Virus record (IMG/VR): IMGVR_UViG_3300049924_000050
Span: 1 to 38,024 of that record
Length of the DNA stretch: 38,024 bases
Strand: one strand, 5' to 3'
From: a virus
Taxonomy: Duplodnaviria > Caudoviricetes
The notes beneath the pieces are model-generated. The model saw only the letters and a list, made by a program, of their open reading frames with translations. It had not been told where the DNA came from and searched no databases. The translations under genes were made by a program, and so were the position numbers. Positions 19,902 to 29,926 of this stretch are shown in pieces (within the stretch, counting starts at the first letter, position 1; the number at the start of each line of letters is the position of its first letter).

Positions 19902-21386
19902 ATGGCTAAAGCAATACAAAACAAATGGGATGGAGGACTTGCGCAAGATATAAGAACACACGCGACTAATGAGTGTGAATCTTCTTCTGGGTTTGATATA
20001 TACACAGATGAATATACACTGCGCGCGATACCAGATCAAGTTAATGAAACTGGCCATTTTAGTATTACTGATGTTGTACCTATAAACTTTTCAGGAACCA
20101 CAAAATTGGTTGGGTGGGGTAGAAAATCAGCAGTAGATACATCCGCATCTTTCTTCACAAAATCAACATCTATTTCTACTGCATGGACACAGGTTGTATC
20201 TACTAGTGGAGGTGGAAGCGCAACACCAGCAAATGGTACCCTTGTGGAGTTTAGAGGAGATGCTTATGCGTGTACTATCCAACCTAACCTAATTAAGTTT
20301 ACCTCTGGAACAACATTCACTATTGTCGGTACTATTGGTGCTCCTAACGCAGACAACTTTGTTGCTAAACCGTTTGTTCACCCAGAAGACAATATAATGT
20401 ACCTTGCAGCTGCAAATACGATAGCAACATATGACGGGACAAATCTTACACCAAATGTCTTCGTATTTTCTTCAAAATGGGTTATAACATCCATAACCAG
20501 CTATGGAGGTGACCTTGCGGTAGCATGTAAACCAGTAACGGGCAATGGTGATTCTATGGTTTTTATATGGAATAGAGATACAGGGCTAACAACTTCGCAG
20601 GGTAAAATAAACTGGGGGAGTGAATCAATTGAAATATTAGAAAACTATAATGACACTCTTATTGGAATTTCTACAAAAAAAGAAGTTTCTGGTTTTGATA
20701 CAATAGCAACATACACATATACAGTTAAACAATATTCTGGGGGGTATCCTATAACATTAAAGTCTTTTGTACGCACTGATACAAATGTTCTTCGACCGTA
20801 CAAAGCAAAAACAATAGACCGTTTATACTTTGGTTTTGATAACGACAACACGATCTATTGTTTTGGGCAGAATAAAAGGGGGCAGTACTATGTTTCTAAG
20901 GAGAGATATATAACACCTACGGGCTCTTACATTGTAGGGACAATAAACGGTATATCTATTGTTGGCGACGTGTTTTTCATTGCGTATACAGATAGTAGCA
21001 CCGATTATTTGTCAAGAACAGACGAAAGTTCTTTTGACGTAACAAATGTGTACACCTGTTCTGTAAACACAAATATGGACGTAGAGGATAGGTTAGAAGA
21101 TAAAAAACCAACTGGTATTCGTATTTCCTATAGGGTTGGCCTTACCGATGGCAATGCAGGGGATTCATCTGTAAACCTAAGTTATCATGTGGGTGATAGG
21201 TCTTCACTTAAAAGCATACTAACAAAAACTAATACCCTACAGGGTAATTACTCATACATAGAAAGAGGACAAGAAAATGGCCAGACATTCCTAGATGGTC
21301 AGGAATACACTTTTGTTATTCAAACTACTGGCGATGTGCGCGTGAAGGAACTTAAGTATGTTTACGACGTAATTAAAAACATATGA
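19902..21386 (+). CDS. Putative tail nozzle / tubular protein B-like (beta-propeller-like)
   Basis: N-terminal WDGGL, beta-rich, precedes the ejection-like genes. Confidence 0.5.
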   Translation: MAKAIQNKWDGGLAQDIRTHATNECESSSGFDIYTDEYTLRAIPDQVNETGHFSITDVVPINFSGTTKLVGWGRKSAVDTSASFFTKSTSISTAWTQVVSTSGGGSATPANGTLVEFRGDAYACTIQPNLIKFTSGTTFTIVGTIGAPNADNFVAKPFVHPEDNIMYLAAANTIATYDGTNLTPNVFVFSSKWVITSITSYGGDLAVACKPVTGNGDSMVFIWNRDTGLTTSQGKINWGSESIEILENYNDTLIGISTKKEVSGFDTIATYTYTVKQYSGGYPITLKSFVRTDTNVLRPYKAKTIDRLYFGFDNDNTIYCFGQNKRGQYYVSKERYITPTGSYIVGTINGISIVGDVFFIAYTDSSTDYLSRTDESSFDVTNVYTCSVNTNMDVEDRLEDKKPTGIRISYRVGLTDGNAGDSSVNLSYHVGDRSSLKSILTKTNTLQGNYSYIERGQENGQTFLDGQEYTFVIQTTGDVRVKELKYVYDVIKNI

Positions 21387-21688
21387 GTCCACAAGAAAAG
21401 ACAGAATTTGAACAAATGAAAAAGGATTTAGACAATCTAAAAAGAAACTATTTTCTTGGCGATTTCCCTGATAAGAAAGTCTACTACAAGACACTTGTTG
21501 CACAAGGTGGTATGTCGTTTACTCAGTCTGTTCTTGGTTTTTTTGGTGTCACACCAGTAGCACAACAAAGCGCAGTTACCTCACCGAGTGGTGGAGGTGG
21601 TTCATCTACAGATGCTATTGATATATCAGCAAGAACTTCTATTGGACAGATTAAAACAGCACTCCAAAATCTTGGACTAACAGCATAA
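21383..21688 (+). CDS. Hypothetical virion protein
   Basis: ATGA overlap; LGFFGVTPVAQQ and LQNLGL motifs. Confidence 0.65.
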   Translation: MSPQEKTEFEQMKKDLDNLKRNYFLGDFPDKKVYYKTLVAQGGMSFTQSVLGFFGVTPVAQQSAVTSPSGGGGSSTDAIDISARTSIGQIKTALQNLGLTA

Positions 21689-21707
21689 TGTAATTTACAC
21701 TAGGAAT

Positions 21708-23369
21708 ATGGCACAACCACTAGACGCAAGCGGCAATGTAATTATAAACGGGATGTCAACTAATATGACCCCATCTCAGTATTCTGCTTCAATACCAACA
21801 ACAGTCCCAACAAGTTCGCTGGCTACTCCGACTAAAAGTATTAACCCTGTACAGCCAAACTATGATGTAAATGGAATGGTTTCTGGTTCTAATACTAACC
21901 TTGCTTACACACAAAATGCCCTTGCAGATGCTCAGAAACAAGCGCAAGACATTGCAGACCAAAAGAAGGCAGAGGCGGCAGCTGCAAATACTGACGTAAA
22001 CAGACTTGCAAGCACTCTTAACGCAGGTGGTAGCAACTTAGCAAATAGTACTGTTGGGGATGTATATGCTAATACAGGTGTAAACGACAAACTCTCTATC
22101 CTAAACCGTCTAAACGCAGAATCTCTCGGTCTTGGGTATACAAGAGATATGATTCCTTTACAAATACAGAACCAATCAATCGGCCTCGATAGAACTGACA
22201 GAGGAATTGCACCACTGCAAACAAAGCAACTCCGAGATAACGCTATTCAGTTAGCTTCTAACGCATATCAGGCCGCTATCGCTAAGGCAGACTATGAAAC
22301 AGCTAAAAGTAAAGCAGACCAAATGATCGCGTACAAGTATGACACTACCATCGCTGAAATTAATGCTAAGAAAACAAATCTAGAGAACATCAGAGCTGAT
22401 TTAACTACAGCAGAAAAGAAACTTGCAGACGCTACCACTGCTCGTCTTAATAAACAGCTAAAAGATGAAGAAAGAAAAATGGCAGATGAGAAAGACGTAG
22501 CTAAACTAATTATCGATGCATCACCATACGCACCGGCATCAGTTCTTAGTCAGGCAAAAAAGCTACAAGCAGAAGGGAAATCATCTGTTGAAGTAGCCAT
22601 TACTCTTGGTAAGTACGGAGGAGACTATCTTGGTGATTTAGTAAAAAGAAGCACTATTGCAAAAAATGATGCAGACTACCAGAAGACAATGAAAGAAATT
22701 AAGGAACTGGGCAAAGCTCCACAGGTTACAGCTCCTACTGGCTCAAATGCTAATTTTATACAAAATCTTGCTGCAAGCGCAGTAAATAAAGAAAGTCTTT
22801 CAGCTGGTGAGCGTGAGAAAATATCTAAATCTTTTGCAGTTGTCGGGCAGTTAGGTAATTTATCAAAAGCTTTACAAAAAGACCAAACATCTTTCTTTGG
22901 AGGAAAAGTAAAAGAAATAAAAGCCGCCCTTGGGCAAGATGCTAATGCTGGTGCGATCCAAGCACAAATTACGGCATTGGTCCCACAAGTTGCACGTGGA
23001 ACTTTTGGTGAGGTTGGTGTACTAACAGACGCAGATATTTCAAATTATAAAAAAGTAATCGGTAACTTGTCTTCTCCAAATTCACAAAATGCAGCGGTAA
23101 CAGCGATGACTCTTACAGCACTAAGAAATGGAGTTAAAGCACAACTTGATACAGCAGCAGCTTCTAAGCTAGACGTCTCAAGGTTTGCTCCTATGTACCA
23201 AGATTTAACAAACCAAATTAATCAGATAAACGATGAGATCGGTGTCACAGACAGCCAAGTGCGTGAATATATGGTTAAAAATCCACAGACACAACAGATG
23301 ATTGAACAATTAATTGTTGACGGGGTTAAGGGCAGTGAAATATTACAAATATTAGGAGTAGAAAATTAA
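21708..23369 (+). CDS. Putative DNA ejection / internal virion protein
   Basis: Ala/Gln-rich helical 553 aa; GEVGVLTDADI motif; position. Confidence 0.55.
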   Translation: MAQPLDASGNVIINGMSTNMTPSQYSASIPTTVPTSSLATPTKSINPVQPNYDVNGMVSGSNTNLAYTQNALADAQKQAQDIADQKKAEAAAANTDVNRLASTLNAGGSNLANSTVGDVYANTGVNDKLSILNRLNAESLGLGYTRDMIPLQIQNQSIGLDRTDRGIAPLQTKQLRDNAIQLASNAYQAAIAKADYETAKSKADQMIAYKYDTTIAEINAKKTNLENIRADLTTAEKKLADATTARLNKQLKDEERKMADEKDVAKLIIDASPYAPASVLSQAKKLQAEGKSSVEVAITLGKYGGDYLGDLVKRSTIAKNDADYQKTMKEIKELGKAPQVTAPTGSNANFIQNLAASAVNKESLSAGEREKISKSFAVVGQLGNLSKALQKDQTSFFGGKVKEIKAALGQDANAGAIQAQITALVPQVARGTFGEVGVLTDADISNYKKVIGNLSSPNSQNAAVTAMTLTALRNGVKAQLDTAAASKLDVSRFAPMYQDLTNQINQINDEIGVTDSQVREYMVKNPQTQQMIEQLIVDGVKGSEILQILGVEN

Positions 23370-23370
23370 T

Positions 23371-25194
23371 ATGACACAAGAAGAAATTCAGGCTATAAGA
23401 AACAAATATAAGTATGACCCTAGCACTTTAAATACTGGTAGTTCTTCTGGTATGGATGTTAATTCTCGTCTTGCAAGATTAAGGGGAGAGCCAGTAACCC
23501 AAGATGCACAAGAAACTATTGGGCAAAAAGCAGCTGGGATTGCAGGAGAAATTATCAAACCTTTTGAAAGAATTGGTGGCGGAGTTCTAAACCTTTTGCC
23601 AGGTCAGGACCAAGCTACTAGAACAGGCCTTTTTGGGAATGAAGTACAGGCATTGGGGTATCGTGATGGACAAAAACTGCAAGGTGGAGAACTTGCAAAA
23701 GATGTTGCTGGTACAGCTTTAGACGTAGGTAGTTTTGCTGTTCCTGTTGGGACAGGGGCTAAAGTACTAACTAAAGTCGCAAAAGGTATACAAGCAGGAG
23801 CTGCTGCAGGGGCATTAACTGGAGCTGGAAGATCATTACAAGAGGGAGAATCAGTACCTGAAGCCATTGGTCAGGGTATTATTGGCGGAGTAACTGGAGG
23901 AACAATAGGAGGTGTAATTCCTGGTGCTGCCAGTGGAGTTAAAGCAGCTTATAATAAGCTTAATCCGTCTGAAAAGTTTATTGAATCACAAATAGTAAAA
24001 GAATTTACAAAAGGGGTTAAACCAATTCTACCAGGCAAAACTACACCAAATCTTTTAAATAGATACAATGATAATGTAGTAAGTGCAGTTAAAACAATTC
24101 GTGCAAATAAAGACAAACTAAACTTTACAGATGAAACTGGTGAAATTATTGCAGGTCAAACACCTAAAAATATTACCCAGCTCAATGATGCTGTAGAACA
24201 AACTAAAAAGACAATATTTACGCAGTACGATGAACTTGCTAAAAAGGCAGGGGCGCAAGGGCTTGAAGTAGACGTAACACCAATATCCAATGAGCTTGAT
24301 TCTATCATTGGTAATAAATCACTTGCTATTACCAATCCTAATGCTGTTCAGTATGCTCAAAACCTTAAAGACCGCCTTTCAACTATTGGCAAAATAGACG
24401 CACAAACAGCACAAGACGTTGTACAAAACTATAACAAGTCTCTTGAAGCTTTCTACCGCAACCCAACCTATGATAATGCTTCTAACGCAGCTATTGACTC
24501 TGTTGTAGCAAATAACATGCGTAAAGCACTTGATGACGGTATTTCTGGACTAACAGGAGCAGAATATCAAGCATTAAAGAATCAATACGGGGCGCTAAAA
24601 GCTATTGAACGAGATGTCATCAAAGCATCATTAAAAGAAGCTCGTAAAAATGCTAAAGGATTAATTGATTTTACAGATATCCTTTCAGGAGGACAGGTTG
24701 TCAATGGTATTATGTCACTTAACCCAGCAATGGTTGCAAGTGGGGCCACACAGAAAGCTATTGCAGCTTTGTATAAACATCTTAACGATCCTAACCGAGC
24801 TATTTCTAAAATGTTTGAAGCAGCGGACACCCCAGTTGGCGGTATTGTAAAGAAAATTTCAAAAAGCCAAAAAGGAATGATTTCTCTTAACCCAGAAGAT
24901 TGGTTTGGTAAATTAAAATCTGACATTGAAGTTGCTGGTAAAACAAAAACTGTAGATGGCAAAATATTAATTGCTGAGGATATTGCGTCAACCTTAAGTG
25001 ATCTTGGAGAAACTGTTGGGGTTGTAACCAAGGCTAATGTAGACGACATTATTGAAAATGGTAAAAGAGTTATAAGCCAATACAATCTAGACGCAAAGAA
25101 AAAAGCTATGTCTACACCAGCTGTAAAAGAAATGCAGGCAAGGTTTATTAAAAACCCAACTACAGGTAAGTTAGAAGGTTCAAAAAAGAAGTAA
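23371..25194 (+). CDS. Putative DNA ejection / internal virion protein
   Basis: Gly/Ala-rich GxxxG membrane-like segments; helical remainder. Confidence 0.55.
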   Translation: MTQEEIQAIRNKYKYDPSTLNTGSSSGMDVNSRLARLRGEPVTQDAQETIGQKAAGIAGEIIKPFERIGGGVLNLLPGQDQATRTGLFGNEVQALGYRDGQKLQGGELAKDVAGTALDVGSFAVPVGTGAKVLTKVAKGIQAGAAAGALTGAGRSLQEGESVPEAIGQGIIGGVTGGTIGGVIPGAASGVKAAYNKLNPSEKFIESQIVKEFTKGVKPILPGKTTPNLLNRYNDNVVSAVKTIRANKDKLNFTDETGEIIAGQTPKNITQLNDAVEQTKKTIFTQYDELAKKAGAQGLEVDVTPISNELDSIIGNKSLAITNPNAVQYAQNLKDRLSTIGKIDAQTAQDVVQNYNKSLEAFYRNPTYDNASNAAIDSVVANNMRKALDDGISGLTGAEYQALKNQYGALKAIERDVIKASLKEARKNAKGLIDFTDILSGGQVVNGIMSLNPAMVASGATQKAIAALYKHLNDPNRAISKMFEAADTPVGGIVKKISKSQKGMISLNPEDWFGKLKSDIEVAGKTKTVDGKILIAEDIASTLSDLGETVGVVTKANVDDIIENGKRVISQYNLDAKKKAMSTPAVKEMQARFIKNPTTGKLEGSKKK

Positions 25195-25296
25195 TTACCT
25201 AAGCCAGATATCCCAGATAAGCCATCCTATCGCAAAAGGGATACCAACCCATGGGAAAAAACAAGTAATTAATAACCAGATTAAAAAGTTTGTCAT
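25195..25296 (-). CDS. 33-aa Trp-rich hydrophobic microprotein (absent from ORF track)
   Basis: MTNFLIWLLITCFFPWVGIPFAIGWLIWDIWLR; stop abuts the upstream gene's stop; minus-strand -10 TACTAT at 25335-25340. Confidence 0.65.
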   Translation of the reverse strand: MTNFLIWLLITCFFPWVGIPFAIGWLIWDIWLR

Positions 25297-25317
25297 ATCG
25301 TTATAGAGCTTATTGCT

Positions 25318-25382
25318 CTTTCCACAACTCTACCATAGTATTGTCCACATGTCTTGTGGATAAATTATCCGTACCCTACACT
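25318..25382. promoter_or_regulatory. Divergent promoters with DnaA-box cluster
   Basis: TGTGGATAA 25355-25363 (perfect, reverse), TTGTCCACA 25341-25349, CTTTCCACA 25318-25326; plus-strand TACACT 25377-25382. Confidence 0.6.
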
Positions 25383-25388
25383 GTACAC

Positions 25389-27209
25389 ATGACACCCGAT
25401 GATTCTATAAGAGTTGCATTAGCTAGAAAGACAGCAAAGTCTATCGTAGACCACGGCTCTGTTCCTATGGCTACTCTTAAAGAGTCAATCATTTTACAAG
25501 AAAAAGTAGACGCTCTTCTCGCAAAAGAAATAGAGTTCCCAGAAGTTGAACCTATCGAAATACCAGAAGTAGACCTTACGCCTATTAATGAAAAGTTAGA
25601 TGAACTCTTGACTGAGACTAAAAAAAAAGACTTATTAGAGTACGACTTACAGATTGATGAAGAGACAAGAAAGAAACTCAAAGGTGATAAAGGAGATACA
25701 GGAATTGACGGTATTGATGGATTAAACGGAACAGATGGGAAAGATGGAGTAAATGGAATTGATGGCAAAGATGGATCACCAGATACACCAGATCAAATTG
25801 TAGAAAAGCTTGAGTCTCTTAAAGGAACAAAAAGATTAAGCGCTAAGGCTATTAAAGGTTTAGAGCAAGCTGTTTTAGATGGTATCAATAGCCAGCCAAG
25901 ACCAGGTGGTTACTTTAATATGGGTGGTGGAACAAGTTCAGGCTCTTCAACATTCACTGGGCTTACTGATGCACCATCATCTTATACAGGACAAGGAACT
26001 AAGTTCGTAAGAGTAAATGCAGGTGAGACAGCTCTAGAGTTTGCTACTGTTGCAGGAGGCGGGGACGCTCTTACTTCCGCTCCATTGTCCCAATTTGCCG
26101 CTACAACCTCTCTTCAACTAAAAAACGTAATAAGTGACGAGACAGGCTCAGGTGCTTTGGTGTTTGCTACTTCACCATCTCTTGTTACTCCCTCACTTGG
26201 TGCAGCTACCGCAACGTCTATCAACGGAGCGACTATTACTTCTGGAACTTTAAATGGTTCTGTTACTGGGACTAACACTGGTGATCAAACATCTATCGTT
26301 GGGATAACAGGTACTAAGGCACAATTTAACACCGCAGTTACTGACGGGGATATTCTCTATGTAGGAGATGTCACCCAGTATACAGATGAACTTGCTCAAG
26401 ATGCTGTAGGGGCGATGGTAGACTCCTCACTGACATACGTAGACGCGACTCCCTTACTCCAACGCGCAGCACTTACTGGAGCAATCACTGCTTCTGCTGG
26501 CTCTAATACTACCGCTCTTGGTTCATTTACGACTGCTCAGTTAAACACAGCTTTGTCTGATAACGATATTGCAACTGGTGGTGGAACTGCAACAGGTACA
26601 AATACTGGCGATCAATTAATGTACGGCACAATTGCAGTAGCTGGTCAGTCAGACCTCGACCCAACTGGAACAGGCGATACACTTACTTTCGTTGCTGGGT
26701 CTAACATAACTTTAACTACAAACGCTGGAACAAATGAATTAACCATCACAGCTTCTGGTGGAGGTATCTCAGATGGAGACAAAGGAGACATCACAGTAAG
26801 CGGTAGTGGTACAGTTTGGAATATAGATGCAGGAGTTGTTGGCGTTACAGAACTTTCAGCCACAGGAACACCATCGTCATCAACATTTCTTCGTGGTGAC
26901 AATACTTGGGCTACCCCAGCAGGTGGCGGTGGAAGCCTAACTAAAGGAATTGTAGAAGTAGACTTTGGGGCTAATACAACACAGTCAGATATTGCTACAG
27001 TATCTGTTGCTGATGCGACAGTGACTTCAACCTCTTACCCATCTGTGTCTATGTATGCCTTAGCAACTACAGACCATGATCCAGACGATTACATGGCAGA
27101 GGGGTTAATACCTTATGTTACTAACGTCCAAAACGGGGTTGGGTTTGATATCAGTGTGCGGGCGCCAAATTTAACTTTTGGGAAGTACAAGTGTACTTAT
27201 CAGTTTTAA
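25389..27209 (+). CDS. Second tail fibre-like protein with collagen-like repeat
   Basis: Leaderless ATG at 25389 preferred to TTG at 25290; 11 Gly-X-Y triplets (25683-25781); modules shared with 12078-15545. Confidence 0.75.
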   Translation: MTPDDSIRVALARKTAKSIVDHGSVPMATLKESIILQEKVDALLAKEIEFPEVEPIEIPEVDLTPINEKLDELLTETKKKDLLEYDLQIDEETRKKLKGDKGDTGIDGIDGLNGTDGKDGVNGIDGKDGSPDTPDQIVEKLESLKGTKRLSAKAIKGLEQAVLDGINSQPRPGGYFNMGGGTSSGSSTFTGLTDAPSSYTGQGTKFVRVNAGETALEFATVAGGGDALTSAPLSQFAATTSLQLKNVISDETGSGALVFATSPSLVTPSLGAATATSINGATITSGTLNGSVTGTNTGDQTSIVGITGTKAQFNTAVTDGDILYVGDVTQYTDELAQDAVGAMVDSSLTYVDATPLLQRAALTGAITASAGSNTTALGSFTTAQLNTALSDNDIATGGGTATGTNTGDQLMYGTIAVAGQSDLDPTGTGDTLTFVAGSNITLTTNAGTNELTITASGGGISDGDKGDITVSGSGTVWNIDAGVVGVTELSATGTPSSSTFLRGDNTWATPAGGGGSLTKGIVEVDFGANTTQSDIATVSVADATVTSTSYPSVSMYALATTDHDPDDYMAEGLIPYVTNVQNGVGFDISVRAPNLTFGKYKCTYQF

Positions 27210-27231
27210 TAATGTAATTTATAATTAACAT

Positions 27232-28674
27232 ATGTCAATAAAAATCGTAGGAAACAGCAGTGGAAATATCGCAGAGGTAAATGCTTCTAATCAGTTAAAA
27301 ACAACATTAGAAACAGATGTATCAACCAATCCAGGCAATGTCGGGGCCGTACGTGTTTTTTCAGAAAACGACCCTGGAGAACAAACAGGGACAGCGTTGC
27401 TTCGCTCCCCAGAAGTATCGTCTGACTACCGTCTTCGTATGGGTGTCGACGCTGTATGGGATGATGAAAACTTCAACTATGTTGCTCAAAACTTTACAAA
27501 GCACAAGTACACATCAAACACACTTACCGCTACATGGGCGTCTGGGTTCCTCAACACTAACGGTGGTTCTGTAACAACTACAGCAACTGGAGTACAAGTA
27601 TCTACATACCGACACTTCCCAATCCAAGGACAAGGAGGTATCTACTGTGAGACAGCATTTGCTCTAACAAACACACCAGTGACTAACTGGACTCTTGATG
27701 TTGGAATGTTCACTCCAGCAGCAGCATCTACATCGCTCCCTACAGACGGCGCATACTTTCGAGTAAACTCATCTGGTGTCTTCGGTGTGATAAACAACAA
27801 CGGAACAGAGACAACAACATCTGCATTCTCTGGCTTCTCGTTCACAATAAACCAAGTTTATAACTTCATTCTTGTGCTTACTGACCACCAAGTTGAATAC
27901 TGGATTGATGATGTTCTTTACGGGACAATAAACCGACCAACAAACTCTGGGTCTGTAGTGTATGCAGGCTCTCTTCCTTGGGCAGTACGTCACCACCACA
28001 CAGGGGTTACATCAGCAGTTATCCAAGCTAAGATTGCTAATTACTCTGTGGCAACTGTAGATATCGACAACAACCGCCTCTGGGCTACAAACAAAGCAGG
28101 GCAAGGACTCATGGGCATCGTATACCCATCAGGAGGCGCGGCAGGTCTTACAGCAAACAGCGCCAACTCAGCAGTACCAGCAACAGCAACACTCTCTAAC
28201 ACAACCGCAGGGTACGCAACACTTGGTGGTCAATTCGTGTTTGCAGCAGTAGCAGGAGCAGAAACAGACTATGCACTCTTTGCCTTCCTAAACACTGCAC
28301 CTACAACTGGTATTACAGGTCGTAACCTAGTAATCCGTGGTGTGCAAATAGACCTATGGAACCAAGTAGTAGCAGTAGCAACAACACCAACAGTTTTCCA
28401 ATGGAGTCTTGCTGTCGGTAGTACAGCAGTATCACTTGCAACCACAGACGGTGCAGCAACTCGTCTCCCTAAGCGTATTACTCTCGGGGCTCAGTCTCTT
28501 ATTGTTGGTTCTGCGGTTGGGGCTCTTGCACAACCGATCGACGCGAACCTAGACGCTCCTGTAGTATGCGAGCCAGGTACATACGTCCATATCATTCTTA
28601 AAATGCCACTAGGAACAGCAACAGCAACAGAAACATTCCGTGGAGTGGTGGGTATTAACGCTTACTGGGAATAA
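27232..28674 (+). CDS. Beta-sandwich-rich structural / receptor-binding-like protein
   Basis: 480 aa, Thr/Ala-rich; VEYWIDDVL lectin/ConA-like strand pattern. Confidence 0.55.
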   Translation: MSIKIVGNSSGNIAEVNASNQLKTTLETDVSTNPGNVGAVRVFSENDPGEQTGTALLRSPEVSSDYRLRMGVDAVWDDENFNYVAQNFTKHKYTSNTLTATWASGFLNTNGGSVTTTATGVQVSTYRHFPIQGQGGIYCETAFALTNTPVTNWTLDVGMFTPAAASTSLPTDGAYFRVNSSGVFGVINNNGTETTTSAFSGFSFTINQVYNFILVLTDHQVEYWIDDVLYGTINRPTNSGSVVYAGSLPWAVRHHHTGVTSAVIQAKIANYSVATVDIDNNRLWATNKAGQGLMGIVYPSGGAAGLTANSANSAVPATATLSNTTAGYATLGGQFVFAAVAGAETDYALFAFLNTAPTTGITGRNLVIRGVQIDLWNQVVAVATTPTVFQWSLAVGSTAVSLATTDGAATRLPKRITLGAQSLIVGSAVGALAQPIDANLDAPVVCEPGTYVHIILKMPLGTATATETFRGVVGINAYWE

Positions 28675-28675
28675 T

Positions 28676-28834
28676 ATGGAACTAACAGGAGGAAACTACG
28701 GAGGTTACGAAGTTGGTGAGACATCTGTAAGCCTTGGTGATGAAGTTATTGTTTTTACAGTGGTTGAAGATGGCGTTATTAATGTTGGCGGTTTTCTCTA
28801 CAATGAAGACGGAATCTTTGTTGGCCAAGAATAA
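28676..28834 (+). CDS. Small acidic hypothetical protein
   Basis: TAA-T-ATG start (MELTGGNYGG). Confidence 0.6.
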   Translation: MELTGGNYGGYEVGETSVSLGDEVIVFTVVEDGVINVGGFLYNEDGIFVGQE

Positions 28835-28923
28835 TTGACGCTTTTTATGTCATCTAAAATTAAATAATAGCCATAATTAGACGGAGTTATTTCTGTATTT
28901 TATAATTAGTACATAAATAATTT

Positions 28924-29142
28924 ATGGACAAAGATGATTTTGCTTTACTTAAGGTAATGGCATCAAATATAGAGACAATAAAAGAAGAACTTAGGGAGAT
29001 GAAAGACTCTATAAAAAACAAGGTAGATATGTCTGATTTCGTTACAATCAAACAAGATGTGGACGACCTTAAGAAGTCAAAATGGTTTGTTATGGGGGTA
29101 TCTGGTGCGGTATCTTTTTTCATTAGTCACTTCTGGAAATGA
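28924..29142 (+). CDS. Coiled-coil plus C-terminal TM lysis protein (XhlA/holin-like)
   Basis: Architecture and ATGA overlap with the endolysin. Confidence 0.55.
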   Translation: MDKDDFALLKVMASNIETIKEELREMKDSIKNKVDMSDFVTIKQDVDDLKKSKWFVMGVSGAVSFFISHFWK

Positions 29143-29684
29143 AAGACGTATCTTTGTTACACCCAAAAGTACAAGAAATGACTGGGCTTTTTCTGTCAAA
29201 GTGTAAAGCAGCTGGGTATAACGTAATTATCACCTCAACGTATCGAAATGAAGAAGAACAGAATGCACTCTATGCTCAAGGCAGAACAGCTCCTGGCAAT
29301 GTTGTGACTAATGCTAGGTTTGGTGATAGCCTACATAACTACAAAGTAGCTTTAGACTTTGCACCTGTTGTAAATGGTAATATCCCATGGAATGACAAAA
29401 AGCTTTTTATGAAGATTGCTGATATTGGTGTTAGTTGTGGATTTGAAGCTGGGGCTTACTGGACATCGTTCCTTGACCTCCCTCACTTACAGTACACAGC
29501 AGGATATTCATTAGATGATTTTAAACAGGGGAGAGTTGACCTAACAAAATTTGGCGTACGTAGTAATCACGTAGATGTTTTCCTTAAAGCTCTATCAGAG
29601 TTCCAGAAAGCAGAAGGCTTACAGCCATACCCTAAAATTGGCCCGGCAACAACTGCATCTCTAAAAAAGTACGGTATACTTTAA
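29139..29684 (+). CDS. Endolysin, M15 family (L-Ala-D-Glu peptidase-like)
   Basis: TYR..EEQNALYAQGRT, SLHNY..ALD, DLPHLQ; C-terminal FQKAEGL...IGPAT peptidoglycan-binding-like helix. Confidence 0.9.
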   Translation: MKDVSLLHPKVQEMTGLFLSKCKAAGYNVIITSTYRNEEEQNALYAQGRTAPGNVVTNARFGDSLHNYKVALDFAPVVNGNIPWNDKKLFMKIADIGVSCGFEAGAYWTSFLDLPHLQYTAGYSLDDFKQGRVDLTKFGVRSNHVDVFLKALSEFQKAEGLQPYPKIGPATTASLKKYGIL

Positions 29685-29686
29685 TT

Positions 29687-29926
29687 ATGATCTCAACAAC
29701 ACAAAAAACTAACTTTCTTTCTCTTGCTGGTGCTCTTGTTGTTGTACTTGGGTATTTTGATATTAAAATAGAAATCAATGAACTTGCAGAACTTATGGGT
29801 GCTGTGGCTATGATTTTAGGTACACTTTTAAATTATCTTCATCGTTACCAGAAAGGAGATGTTACTTTCTTAGGTATTCGTAATACCACACAAACTGTGG
29901 ATGCGGAAGTTACAGAACTAGGGTAA
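29687..29926 (+). CDS. Putative holin (2 TM)
   Basis: Two hydrophobic helices, directly after the endolysin. Confidence 0.65.
   Translation: MISTTQKTNFLSLAGALVVVLGYFDIKIEINELAELMGAVAMILGTLLNYLHRYQKGDVTFLGIRNTTQTVDAEVTELG

Noticed and set aside
25290-25388. N-terminal extension of the 639-aa ORF (likewise starts at 2110, 11756, 30906, 35858, 37473)
   Set aside because: The extensions run through promoters or neighbouring genes; downstream ATGs fit better
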